Below are positions 1 to 7,948 of a stretch of 24,873 nt of DNA, piece after piece (position 1 is the stretch's first letter; each line of letters begins with the position of its first letter). The stretch covers positions 1 to 24,873 of the IMG/VR virus record IMGVR_UViG_3300017747_000749; one strand, given 5' to 3'. The notes beneath the pieces were generated by a model. The model made no database searches and was not told the DNA's origin. It saw nothing but the letters and a program-made list of their open reading frames with translations. The position numbers were made by a program, and so were the translations under genes. The DNA comes from a virus (Duplodnaviria; Caudoviricetes).

Positions 1-127
1 AGTTGTTTAACTGAAACTGGTGCATCTTGTGTCCTTTGGCTTTTATCTCTTGGACTATTTGGTTTCGTGTTTTTACAAGCAATATCCTATTCAGTTGCTT
101 TCGGAGTGCGTCATCGTCAATGTACAT
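1..127 (-). CDS. partial small protein, possibly HTH DNA-binding (runs off window edge)
   Basis: Read by hand: ATG at 127, MYIDDDALRKQLNRILLVKTRNQIVQEIKAKGHKMHQFQLNN..., open to the edge, starting 1 nt after the stop of 129..362. Confidence 0.6.
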   Translation of the reverse strand, partial: MYIDDDALRKQLNRILLVKTRNQIVQEIKAKGHKMHQFQLNN

Positions 128-128
128 A

Positions 129-362
129 CTAAAATGGTAGGTCATCGTCAATACTATCACTTACTGGTCTACGTTCTTCAGTAGGTGCTACATACGGCTC
201 GCTGAATGCAGCGCTAAAAAAAATGGTTTTACCTTGCTTTACCCATAGAGCGACTTCCATTTCTTTTCCGTTTACGTTTACCTTTCCTTTGTAGTCAGGA
301 TGTTTTTCGCTCGTCTTTTTGTCGTTCTTAAAGATTACTCCCGTGTTTGTTTTGTTTTCCAT
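129..362 (-). CDS. small SSB-like (DUF736-like) protein
   Basis: KHPDYKG..VALW core with the acidic SSB-type tail DDDLPF; downstream of ERF and YqaJ. Confidence 0.7.
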   Translation of the reverse strand: MENKTNTGVIFKNDKKTSEKHPDYKGKVNVNGKEMEVALWVKQGKTIFFSAAFSEPYVAPTEERRPVSDSIDDDLPF

Positions 363-369
363 TGTATAT

Positions 370-480
370 TTATTTTAAAAGGTTACTAAATATAGTTGCG
401 ATTACCGTAATCAATACCGCCACTATTAAAAGCATAGTTGTTACTCCTGCTATTAATTCGTTTCTTTCGTTCTTGTTCAT
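370..480 (-). CDS. 36-aa single-transmembrane peptide
   Basis: Read by hand: MNKNERNELIAGVTTMLLIVAVLITVIATIFSNLLK; fills the operon gap. Confidence 0.6.
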   Translation of the reverse strand: MNKNERNELIAGVTTMLLIVAVLITVIATIFSNLLK

Positions 481-491
481 CTTATTCTGAT

Positions 492-749
492 TTATTTAGT
501 TCGTGTTTTACTTGCCTCTCGGTATCCATCGCTAAAGCCTTTGACGTAATGAAGGTCAATCTCTTTCTTAATGCGGCTCAAATAAAGCGTTGCATCCATC
601 AACTCCTCAAGTAAATGGTTTATCCATTGGTCAAGAGTCAGGTCTTCTCGGTCTAATGTAGTTCCGTATTTTCGTAGTCCTGTAGCAGAGCGTTCTGCAT
701 ACTTCGCCATTACGGATAAAACTACTTGGTCTTTTACTTCTTGGCTCAT
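492..749 (-). CDS. phage hypothetical protein, possibly MazG-like all-alpha NTP pyrophosphatase
   Basis: GLRKYGTTL...HLLEELMDATLY motif (EExxD). Confidence 0.5.
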   Translation of the reverse strand: MSQEVKDQVVLSVMAKYAERSATGLRKYGTTLDREDLTLDQWINHLLEELMDATLYLSRIKKEIDLHYVKGFSDGYREASKTRTK

Positions 750-955
750 CTTTTCCAGCTATTTTTATTTATTAAATACAATTCGTAAAGCTCTTCATCC
801 GTAAGATTATGTAAATTACTCCAACTTGTACTTCCGTATGGTTCGCAAAATGAATGTCCTGCTTTTTTAACTAATGGATGGTTAAATGCATCGTAATAAG
901 GAGACCTGCCCTTTACCATATCTTGCAGTTCTTTTGTTGTTAATTCTATTTTCAT
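746..955 (-). CDS. hypothetical protein
   Basis: 69-aa ORF with ATGA overlaps at both ends. Confidence 0.7.
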   Translation of the reverse strand: MKIELTTKELQDMVKGRSPYYDAFNHPLVKKAGHSFCEPYGSTSWSNLHNLTDEELYELYLINKNSWKR

Positions 956-1632
956 AGCATTTGAATTAGTGCGTTGTAATACTCACGAGCAAGTTCAATC
1001 TTCTCTTTTATCTGCTCGATTACCTGTTCGTCTTTTTGTACATAGAAAACTTTAACTCTGCGGTTCTTTGGTATATGTGAAAACTGATGTTTGCTCTCTA
1101 CTTCTTCACGCAAATCTAAGTCCTCGTCAAGTTTGTGAAGTTTCCAATGCGCTCTGCGGATTTCGTCTTCTACCATTTCGATAGGAGTATCTATAAGGCA
1201 GTAGCAAAGCATTGACTGATTCTTGCCAGTAAGCCACATATAACCCTGAAGCTGATAGAAATAGTCTTTGTTAGGTATTTCCGTATCAAAAAACGGAAAG
1301 GTAGTAGCATCCCAAGAGCTTTTTACGTCTAACAATACATCCTCCGTGTTTACGTCAGGTGTTCCTGTTATCCAATCGTTCTCAAAATACTCTTCGTTCT
1401 TGTAGATAAATTTGACGTCTAAGACATCATTGACTAACGAGATAGATTCGTCTTCAACTTGAATACCTTTGTCCGTGTAACGGCTTGAAAACTCCTTACG
1501 GATGCCATATTTATGTTCAAGAACTAACTCGTGAATGTAAGTCTTTGCAGTCTGAGACAAGAACTCGCCTTTTGAGCGTGGTGTAGCCATCAGTTTCCCG
1601 ATGGCACTACACCTAATTTTGAGAGTCTTCAT
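952..1632 (-). CDS. YqaJ / lambda-exonuclease family recombinase
   Basis: RCSAIG, G..E, GTPD, DVK and YYQLQGYM-type motifs; adjacent to ERF. Confidence 0.85.
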   Translation of the reverse strand: MKTLKIRCSAIGKLMATPRSKGEFLSQTAKTYIHELVLEHKYGIRKEFSSRYTDKGIQVEDESISLVNDVLDVKFIYKNEEYFENDWITGTPDVNTEDVLLDVKSSWDATTFPFFDTEIPNKDYFYQLQGYMWLTGKNQSMLCYCLIDTPIEMVEDEIRRAHWKLHKLDEDLDLREEVESKHQFSHIPKNRRVKVFYVQKDEQVIEQIKEKIELAREYYNALIQML

Positions 1633-2156
1633 AGAGCGTTTAAGATGTCGATTTGACCTTCAGTTAATGCAAACGATGCTTCGAGCTTCTCACGAGTGTA
1701 CTCGCCTTTTGCTATGGCTTGGACTGCCGCTGCAAATCTCTTTTGGTCTATGGCAGGAAGTTTCTTCTCGGTTTTAACTTGCTCTCCTGATGCATCCGTG
1801 TCTTTGTCGGTTACTAAACCAAGAGCTGCTGATAATGCGTAACGTCTAAAATAAGTTACTCCGCTACCAAAAGACTGAAAGTCATTCATTCCCTTTAGTT
1901 GTACATAAGGTATAGCTACTGCACTTGTCATATTCTCGCCAGTCTCAACGTGAAATATCATTGTTTCTAAACCAGTATCTCCATCCTTTGTAAAGATGTT
2001 TTGAGTAAATCCGAGTCCGTGTTTTTTTAGCAACGGATTGATTACCTCAAAGATTTTAGGCAAGTCAGCATAAGAATAGCCGTAGCCTTGTGTTGCCTTG
2101 TGGATTACAGGCACTTCTTGTTGGAATGCAGCCAACGATTTTAATAGATTTTTCAT
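1629..2156 (-). CDS. erf: ERF-family ssDNA annealing protein
   Basis: YSYADL and QSFGSGVTYFRRYALSAALGL..DKDTD signature. Confidence 0.9.
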   Translation of the reverse strand: MKNLLKSLAAFQQEVPVIHKATQGYGYSYADLPKIFEVINPLLKKHGLGFTQNIFTKDGDTGLETMIFHVETGENMTSAVAIPYVQLKGMNDFQSFGSGVTYFRRYALSAALGLVTDKDTDASGEQVKTEKKLPAIDQKRFAAAVQAIAKGEYTREKLEASFALTEGQIDILNAL

Positions 2157-2179
2157 AGCGTAAATATTAAATGTTTAGA

Positions 2180-2187
2180 CAAATATA
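2180..2187 (-). promoter_or_regulatory. Bacteroidota sigma70 -7 element (TATATTTG)
   Basis: Matches TAnnTTTG; intergenic, about 24 nt upstream of the erf ATG. Confidence 0.7.
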
Positions 2188-2212
2188 TAAATTATTTAGA
2201 TACGAATATCAA

Positions 2213-2599
2213 TTATGTGATTTTTTTAGCATTTTTTATTTCAAGTAGCGTGTAAGTCTTCTCAACTCGGTTGTTATTGTCGAAATTCGTTGTCTTTGGC
2301 ATCCGTGTATCTGTAGTCCATTCAGGATTTAATTCACTCAAATCAAATACATACACTCCTTTTGGTGTTGAATTAATGTACAAAGGCTTGTAGCCAGTTT
2401 CAACGTAAGATAAAATCAATGCGAAATACTTTTCACGCTCCAATATCAAACTATCGTAATGCGTTTTACGACATTTAAGTTCTATTCTATATTGAAACTT
2501 GTGGCTTAAGCAATCCCATCTGCTGAATTGATATTCTGATTTCTGAAGGTCAGCTATGAATCCTTTTTTCAATAAGTCGAATAATTCACTTTCCTGCAT
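2213..2599 (-). CDS. PD-(D/E)xK-fold nuclease-like protein
   Basis: N-terminal E, then RWD...IELKCR catalytic-type pattern. Confidence 0.6.
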   Translation of the reverse strand: MQESELFDLLKKGFIADLQKSEYQFSRWDCLSHKFQYRIELKCRKTHYDSLILEREKYFALILSYVETGYKPLYINSTPKGVYVFDLSELNPEWTTDTRMPKTTNFDNNNRVEKTYTLLEIKNAKKIT

Positions 2600-3107
2600 C
2601 TTTTATCTTTTGTTTGTAGGTTTTTATCAATTCCTGTAGTTCATAGTTCGTGTACTTCCGTATTTCATTAGCACGTTGGCTTAAATCGTCTAATTTAGCC
2701 TCTCCGATGCGTTTTAAGAGACCTTCTCGGTAGTTCAGTAGGTTTCCGTGCTTGAACTGATTACAAGTGACGCATTGAGCGTGTACGTTATCTTCATCAA
2801 AAGTTACTGATTTGTGTCCTCCCATAGAGTAGAAATGTCCTGCGTCATACTTTGAGTCAAGTTTTGAGCCGCAACTGATGCAAGGTTGAGCTTTATCCCT
2901 GAGCCTGATGTATTGGTTGAATACCTTTTGTGCTTCTTTCATCCAATCAGAGTTCGTCTTTATGTCGTTCTTCATTCGTGTTTTAGTCTGCTTCCATTGC
3001 TTCTCTTTGGCTTCAGCTACAAAAGCACGGACGCACTCGTCTTTAAGGCAGTATTTATGATTGAAGCGGATAGGCTCAAACTTCTCCTTGCAGTTCTTGC
3101 ACCTCAT
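2586..3107 (-). CDS. ninG: NinG/Rap-family recombination endonuclease
   Basis: CxxC N-terminus; FNQYIRLRD, CISCG, DAGH and NVHAQCVTCN motifs. Confidence 0.9.
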   Translation of the reverse strand: MRCKNCKEKFEPIRFNHKYCLKDECVRAFVAEAKEKQWKQTKTRMKNDIKTNSDWMKEAQKVFNQYIRLRDKAQPCISCGSKLDSKYDAGHFYSMGGHKSVTFDEDNVHAQCVTCNQFKHGNLLNYREGLLKRIGEAKLDDLSQRANEIRKYTNYELQELIKTYKQKIKDAGK

Positions 3108-3796
3108 AACTCAAGTTTTAATTGTAGTTTTTCTATTGGGATAAATTCTTGATTAATTTTATCACTTTGCTGATAATTAAACCCTGATTTTTGTTCGTTT
3201 TTTGGATAAGGTTCTTGATTCCAAATTGTTTTTAAATTGTCATCGTAAATAATTAGATACCTGTGCTTTCTTGATTTTATTCTCCATTCACCTTTTAAAC
3301 CCTTGCACTTTCCTCTTTGTAATTTTATAAATGAACCGTCTTCTTGTAGGATAAAAAAATCTTTTTTTTGTGAAGTCAATCCGTAGTATTGAAAATTACA
3401 GGCTTGGTAAATATATCCACTATGATAATCACTATCTGCATACGTCAACAATGCAACCACATTTTTTATTTTTCTCAATAATCTAATGCTTGATGATAAG
3501 AAAAACGATGTGATATTTTTTTCGTGTTTATGTGGGTTCAGACATAATCTACCAAGCTCCATAAAACCTTCTAAATTGTATGTATCTAATCCAAAACAAC
3601 CTTTGGCAATTTCTTTTGCTGACACACTATGAAAAATACATACACCAACCAACAAATTAGTTTCTTTTTCGATTAAACCAAAATTAATACCACTTCTAAA
3701 ATTTCCTTCTTCGTGTAAATAATGGTACTCATCTAATAGCTTTTTAGCACTATTCCTGCTGATTTTTTCAATTATATATTTTTCCTTCAATTTCAT
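3104..3796 (-). CDS. Mom-family DNA adenine modification protein (GNAT-like)
   Basis: HYLH, ELGRLC, SFFLS, LTYAD and HSGYIYQACNF motifs typical of Mu Mom homologues. Confidence 0.8.
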   Translation of the reverse strand: MKLKEKYIIEKISRNSAKKLLDEYHYLHEEGNFRSGINFGLIEKETNLLVGVCIFHSVSAKEIAKGCFGLDTYNLEGFMELGRLCLNPHKHEKNITSFFLSSSIRLLRKIKNVVALLTYADSDYHSGYIYQACNFQYYGLTSQKKDFFILQEDGSFIKLQRGKCKGLKGEWRIKSRKHRYLIIYDDNLKTIWNQEPYPKNEQKSGFNYQQSDKINQEFIPIEKLQLKLEL

Positions 3797-3807
3797 AGCG
3801 TGTTTTT

Positions 3808-4065
3808 TTAGTCTAATTCAATTACTTCCTCAATCCATTGGCGAAACAAAATCTGCAACTGAATCTGCTCGTCAAATATCTTACCTGCGTTCTCTCCGTC
3901 TATTCGTAGGATGTCGCGGTCTACTCGTTGGATTTCTTCTGCAAGCATATTTGCTTTGCGCTTGAGTCCTTGCTTAAAGACGTACTGGTCGTTTAAATCC
4001 TCAATGAAGTCTGCCAACACAGGAAGGAAGGCGGTCAATGCTACTAATTTTTTTTCGATTTTCAT
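3808..4065 (-). CDS. hypothetical protein
   Basis: 85-aa ORF in operon. Confidence 0.7.
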   Translation of the reverse strand: MKIEKKLVALTAFLPVLADFIEDLNDQYVFKQGLKRKANMLAEEIQRVDRDILRIDGENAGKIFDEQIQLQILFRQWIEEVIELD

Positions 4066-4068
4066 ATT

Positions 4069-4170
4069 TTATTTTTTAGGTTTATATGCGTTTAATCTTA
4101 ATGCTTTGTGTTCGTCTTTTGTTAGTGGTTTAACACCTTGTTGTTTTATCAACTTTTGCAGTTTAGTCAT
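4069..4170 (-). CDS. 33-aa basic peptide
   Basis: Read by hand: MTKLQKLIKQQGVKPLTKDEHKALRLNAYKPKK; ATGA overlap with the upstream stop. Confidence 0.55.
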   Translation of the reverse strand: MTKLQKLIKQQGVKPLTKDEHKALRLNAYKPKK

Positions 4171-4463
4171 AATTCAATGTTCTTATATTTGATTTCGTCT
4201 TGTAATTCTTGGTATGCTACTCGCAGTTGAGCATTTCTTCTTGCCAGTTGGTTAAGCTCTCGGTTCAGATTTGTTATTTCGTCTTCAAGTAGAGTTATCA
4301 CCTGAATCGTCTCAAGTAAATACTCCTCACTTTCCTTTCCTCCGTTGATGTAGTCCTTAGCTTCAGGCTTGTCCTTTTCGAGTTTCTCTCTAACGTTCTT
4401 GATTCGTTCTTTAACCGTCCAAACGGTTGTTTTTGCCCATAGTATTTTAAGTGATAAGTCCAT
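4167..4463 (-). CDS. hypothetical coiled-coil protein
   Basis: Heptad-like C-terminus; 1 nt from the helicase stop. Confidence 0.7.
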   Translation of the reverse strand: MDLSLKILWAKTTVWTVKERIKNVREKLEKDKPEAKDYINGGKESEEYLLETIQVITLLEDEITNLNRELNQLARRNAQLRVAYQELQDEIKYKNIEL

Positions 4464-4464
4464 T

Positions 4465-5499
4465 TTAAAAAGGGTTTTGGTTTGCTAATCTAAGAAGTTT
4501 TGCCGATGTGCTTTCTATTTGTCCGTCTTTTGGTATCTCAATTTTACGTTGTGATTCCTTATTGTAAGTAGTGCCTCGGTTTGCATAAACTCGGTTACCT
4601 TTGAAGTCAAGCATATAATACTGGTAGCGGTCTACGTCCAAAAACATTTTGTAAACTCCGTTTTTTGATACACCTTTTGGTTTGCTTTTGGCAACTTTCA
4701 AATGCACTTCGTTTTTTTCAGCTCCTACACCATCTGCATCTCCAAGTCCGTAAGGTGGTCTCCACGGAATTAACACGCTTAAACCCTTTCTAAACCATAC
4801 TTGCCCGCCTGCAAAATCTCGTGCCGTAGGAATAGGAAAATATCTAAGCTCAGTTCCTGCTATTGACATTGCAGTTACCATTGGTTGGTCTCTAACGTGA
4901 TTAATAACGCAGTTGTGTCTGCCTGTTTTTCTTGCGTTTTTACGAACTAACCCTAAAATCCTACTCAAATATTTATCCTCACGTCCTAAATCAGCAGGAA
5001 TAAACTCCTCGGTTAACTCATTCCACGGGTCAATAGTAGTTGTATGGATTTTAATACCTTCTTTGCGCTCAATCTCGTCTACAAGTTTATAGAATTTCGT
5101 GATAGTCAAATCTTCATCAATTGGGTCTACAACAATGAAATGCTCATTTATAAACATCTCAGCACTTACCTGCTCGCTATTAGTCATTGAGTTTTGACCT
5201 TGAACGTATGGTTTACCTATGTACTTGTAGCATAGTTCAGAAAATATCTCAGCACTACTCCCAGTCTCAGGTGAAAATACTACGTGATTCCAACCGTGCA
5301 AACAGGAAAGGTTTATAAGTATCTCAAACCATAGTTCCGTCTTTCCTGATGCAGGAGCTGCACCTATGTAAGTTGTAGTTCCTTCTTTGATTGTAAGTGG
5401 TAGCATCTCGTAATCCCAACCTATTGACTTTCCTCGTACGTCTTTTTCGTGTCTAATACTAAACATTTCAGCATTTAGGTCTGTTAATTTCTTGTACAT
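4465..5499 (-). CDS. DnaB/RecA-family replicative helicase
   Basis: Walker A GAAPASGKT, FSPE, Walker B-like TIDPWN; follows the initiator. Confidence 0.8.
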   Translation of the reverse strand: MYKKLTDLNAEMFSIRHEKDVRGKSIGWDYEMLPLTIKEGTTTYIGAAPASGKTELWFEILINLSCLHGWNHVVFSPETGSSAEIFSELCYKYIGKPYVQGQNSMTNSEQVSAEMFINEHFIVVDPIDEDLTITKFYKLVDEIERKEGIKIHTTTIDPWNELTEEFIPADLGREDKYLSRILGLVRKNARKTGRHNCVINHVRDQPMVTAMSIAGTELRYFPIPTARDFAGGQVWFRKGLSVLIPWRPPYGLGDADGVGAEKNEVHLKVAKSKPKGVSKNGVYKMFLDVDRYQYYMLDFKGNRVYANRGTTYNKESQRKIEIPKDGQIESTSAKLLRLANQNPF

Positions 5500-5502
5500 A
5501 TT

Positions 5503-6111
5503 CTATCCCTCCCAAATTTCAGATGGTAAACTATAAGATATTTCGTTTATATACGGAAGCGTATTTAGTAACGTAGACTTCCAATTTGAAATAGGTTGCA
5601 ATTTACCATTTCTATTTATACTCCAATCACTCTCTTTCCAACTTTCGTATTTAAGTCTTAAATCTATCTGACTGACTTTTGGTTTCTTATCTAAAGCATA
5701 AGCTAAAAACTCTTGAAATGATGGTATAGTATTATTCTTTATTTCTTTACTTTCTTTAGTTGTTGCCCTTTGTTTGACTTGTTGCTTGCCTTTTTCTACG
5801 TCTTCACATTGCAATTTATCCCATTTTATAAGGGTTATAGCCTGCCATTTGTTTGTCGTGTAGCGTGCCACTTCTTTAGACCTTTCTAACTTTTCCATTG
5901 CTACCCTTGTTTGCTTGACCGAAAGACCTATTTCTTTGGAAAGATTTTCCCAACTGGTAACATATGTACCCGCTTTTATTGTTTGCCCTTTCCATTCCTT
6001 GTCTTTGTAATTTACCGAAATAAGCAAATGTAAAAGTAAACGTGTTGCGTTGTGGTCATCATACCACTCCCAGTCTTTTAAACTGCGGTGTAATTTAATC
6101 CAACTGCTCAT
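5503..6111 (-). CDS. phage replication initiator / replisome organiser
   Basis: N-terminal WIKLHR..WEWY, HTH region, low-complexity linker, C-terminal NWKS motif. Confidence 0.8.
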   Translation of the reverse strand: MSSWIKLHRSLKDWEWYDDHNATRLLLHLLISVNYKDKEWKGQTIKAGTYVTSWENLSKEIGLSVKQTRVAMEKLERSKEVARYTTNKWQAITLIKWDKLQCEDVEKGKQQVKQRATTKESKEIKNNTIPSFQEFLAYALDKKPKVSQIDLRLKYESWKESDWSINRNGKLQPISNWKSTLLNTLPYINEISYSLPSEIWEG

Positions 6112-6277
6112 TGCTAAAATTTTCTAAAGTTTTGATTAAGGTGTACGCTTGTTTAATGTCAATGCAAACCGTTTTTGATTCTTCACCTTCTATAATTTCA
6201 AAGCATATGAAATCGCCTTTAGAAACAATCATTTGGTCTTTGTCATTAAATTGACATTTAAAATAAATTTCGTTCAT
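6095..6277 (-). CDS. hypothetical protein (start revised to MNEIYF)
   Basis: The start at 6316 lies inside a terminator hairpin; ATG 6277 has an A-rich context. Confidence 0.6.
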   Translation of the reverse strand: MNEIYFKCQFNDKDQMIVSKGDFICFEIIEGEESKTVCIDIKQAYTLIKTLENFSNEQLD

Positions 6278-6296
6278 TTTGTAATTTTTAGTAAAT

Positions 6297-6387
6297 AAAA
6301 AACCCCTGCATCTCATCGCGGCTGGACTTGCGAATCAATACAAGGGTCAATAATACCTTAGAGTTTATGGTGTCCAGCCAACTCTCC
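6297..6387 (-). ncRNA. two-hairpin kissing-loop leader RNA ending in an intrinsic terminator
   Basis: Hairpin loops contain GGCUGGAC and GUCCAGCC (perfect complements); U-tract after hairpin 2. Confidence 0.7.
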
Positions 6388-6389
6388 TA

Positions 6390-6397
6390 CAAATATA
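6390..6397 (-). promoter_or_regulatory. Bacteroidota -7 element (TATATTTG)
   Basis: TAnnTTTG immediately upstream of the structured leader; no clear -33 element. Confidence 0.65.
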
Positions 6398-6402
6398 ACT
6401 AA

Positions 6403-6813
6403 CTAACTTGCATTTTGTTTCGTTTGTTGAAAACTCATTTGATGGTCGTATCTTCCTTCGTTTAACCAACGTCTGATTCTTCGTAGTTTTTCTAAGTTAC
6501 TGGCTTTTGCTATATCGTCAAAGATATTCCGTCTTTGTCTACTAAACGTCAACGGCTCAGACATTAGCTCCTGACAAGATTCAGTTATTCCACGATACAA
6601 TTTGTCGTTCTTTAACTCTTCGTGTTTCCGTATGGAGTGAATTACAGTTGCGTGATTTCGGTTAAAAATTCTGCCTATCTGCGACAATGTAAGCTGATTT
6701 GTTTTGTACAATGCCCAACATAAATAGTGTCTTCTAAAGACGTAGAAATGCTCTCTGCTCTTTCCATTTAAACCTTCCGACTCAATGTATTCTTTTACTT
6801 GTTCTAAGTTCAT
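6403..6813 (-). CDS. DnaA C-terminal-like HTH protein
   Basis: TLSQIGRIFNRNHATVIHSIRK matches the DnaA domain IV pattern; no AAA+ domain. Confidence 0.8.
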   Translation of the reverse strand: MNLEQVKEYIESEGLNGKSREHFYVFRRHYLCWALYKTNQLTLSQIGRIFNRNHATVIHSIRKHEELKNDKLYRGITESCQELMSEPLTFSRQRRNIFDDIAKASNLEKLRRIRRWLNEGRYDHQMSFQQTKQNAS

Positions 6814-6956
6814 AGCGGTTTAATTATAAATTTTCCATCGTTGTACCTTCCTGATTCTATTAAGTCCATTTTTTTCCAGTAACATAGACTCTTTGAAGTG
6901 AATATCCACTCTTGGACTACTGCAAGTCCGACTTGGTATGTAAGTTTAAATCTCAT
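6810..6956 (-). CDS. 48-aa hypothetical protein
   Basis: Read by hand: MRFKLTYQVGLAVVQEWIFTSKSLCYWKKMDLIESGRYNDGKFIIKPL; ATGA overlaps on both sides. Confidence 0.65.
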   Translation of the reverse strand: MRFKLTYQVGLAVVQEWIFTSKSLCYWKKMDLIESGRYNDGKFIIKPL

Positions 6957-7027
6957 AGCTTGGTGTATTTAATTTCGCAAATTCTGTTATATAAATCGTA
7001 ATTAAAGTTTGTCCAAAAACGTTCCAT
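6953..7027 (-). CDS. 24-aa peptide
   Basis: MERFWTNFNYDLYNRICEIKYTKL; 3' part of the listed 6953..7258 ORF, starting just after the 7038 stop. Confidence 0.5.
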   Translation of the reverse strand: MERFWTNFNYDLYNRICEIKYTKL

Positions 7028-7037
7028 TCGTTGGCGG

Positions 7038-7340
7038 TTAAACGAACCAGTTAGATTCATCGTCAAAGTCTGAGTAGGTATAACAAGCGTAGCAGAACTC
7101 GTGAAACAAGTCTCTTGCTCTTTCAAGTAGTTCGTCTTGGAGTAGTTCGATTTCTTTGATAGTTGGGTTGGTATGGAATTCTGCTGACTCCACTTTCCAT
7201 TCGTCCGTATATTCATCGTATTCGTATTTAAGTTCGATTGTAGCCACTTGTTCATCATCTTGTAAGGTGTAGCATTCTACCTTAATTAAACCTTGTGAAA
7301 CCTTCTGCTCCACGTCAGTAAACCAATATTTATCTTCCAT
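7038..7340 (-). CDS. acidic hypothetical early protein
   Basis: 100-aa D/E-rich ORF overlapping the upstream stop. Confidence 0.7.
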   Translation of the reverse strand: MEDKYWFTDVEQKVSQGLIKVECYTLQDDEQVATIELKYEYDEYTDEWKVESAEFHTNPTIKEIELLQDELLERARDLFHEFCYACYTYSDFDDESNWFV

Positions 7341-7563
7341 AAGTATAGCAATGTTCAGCGTATTTAGTGTATGACTTAGGTAGTTCGTAAGTGCGTTTAC
7401 CTTTGATTTGGTTGTCCGTCTTTTTGACGTCTAATACTGGCATTGAATTAGTCGATGCTAACCACACCATAAAGATTGTACCTGCGATGAATGTTACCAC
7501 ACCACCGAGAATCTGACGCTCGTCTTGGTTGAGGTCAGAGAATAAGAATTTAAGCGTTTTCAT
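7330..7563 (-). CDS. single-transmembrane early protein
   Basis: Hydrophobic ILGGVVTFIAGTIFMVWLA; start revised to MKTLKF. Confidence 0.65.
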   Translation of the reverse strand: MKTLKFLFSDLNQDERQILGGVVTFIAGTIFMVWLASTNSMPVLDVKKTDNQIKGKRTYELPKSYTKYAEHCYTYGR

Positions 7564-7735
7564 TTTCTTCGATTGTTTCAATGTTTTCTAAAATACCCAA
7601 TACCGCATTCCATTGTGCAGATGCATAAGTTGTTGATTCGTGTTTACGACCATACATTCTGCGTAACTCGGTAAATTCAAAGTAAAGAGTCTGCTCTTCT
7701 CCTTTAATAAATTTGATAATTTCTTCTTTTGTCAT
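7550..7735 (-). CDS. first gene of early operon, hypothetical
   Basis: Start revised to MTKEEII, downstream of the promoter at 7772-7779 and within an ACGCTATG motif. Confidence 0.7.
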   Translation of the reverse strand: MTKEEIIKFIKGEEQTLYFEFTELRRMYGRKHESTTYASAQWNAVLGILENIETIEENENA

Positions 7736-7771
7736 AGCGTTTAATTTTTGTGTTTGTAAATTAGTTATATG

Positions 7772-7801
7772 CAAATATATATACTTATTCTGAATTATCA
7801 A
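7772..7801 (-). promoter_or_regulatory. early promoter TTG-N19-TATATTTG
   Basis: Bacteroidota -33/-7 consensus in an AT-rich intergenic region. Confidence 0.75.
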
Positions 7802-7884
7802 CAAAAAAGTTCCGTTTTCTACAAAATATTTTTAAATTCCTTTATTTTACAAGGCTTTCAGGCGCAAAATTTTTTTATATTAAA

Positions 7885-7936
7885 TAAAAAAAGCCTCCAA
7901 ATGAAGGCTCTTTACGCTATGAGTAGAATGGTTAGG
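7885..7936 (-). ncRNA. putative ~50-nt antisense sRNA with terminator
   Basis: TATATTTG at 7941-7948, then seed UCAUAGCGUAAA, then hairpin AGCCUUC-AUUU-GGAGGCU and U-tract; ends approximate. Confidence 0.6.
7886..7909 (-). terminator. intrinsic terminator
   Basis: 7-bp stem with one GU pair, followed by a U-tract. Confidence 0.75.
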
Positions 7937-7940
7937 TAAG

Positions 7941-7948
7941 CAAATATA
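7941..7948 (-). promoter_or_regulatory. Bacteroidota -7 element (TATATTTG) with no downstream ORF
   Basis: Same octamer as the other early promoters; followed only by about 55 nt ending in a terminator. Confidence 0.55.

Noticed and set aside
216-223. A8 homopolymer as a frameshift or phase-variation site in the SSB-like gene
   Set aside because: The reading frame is intact through to DDDLPF
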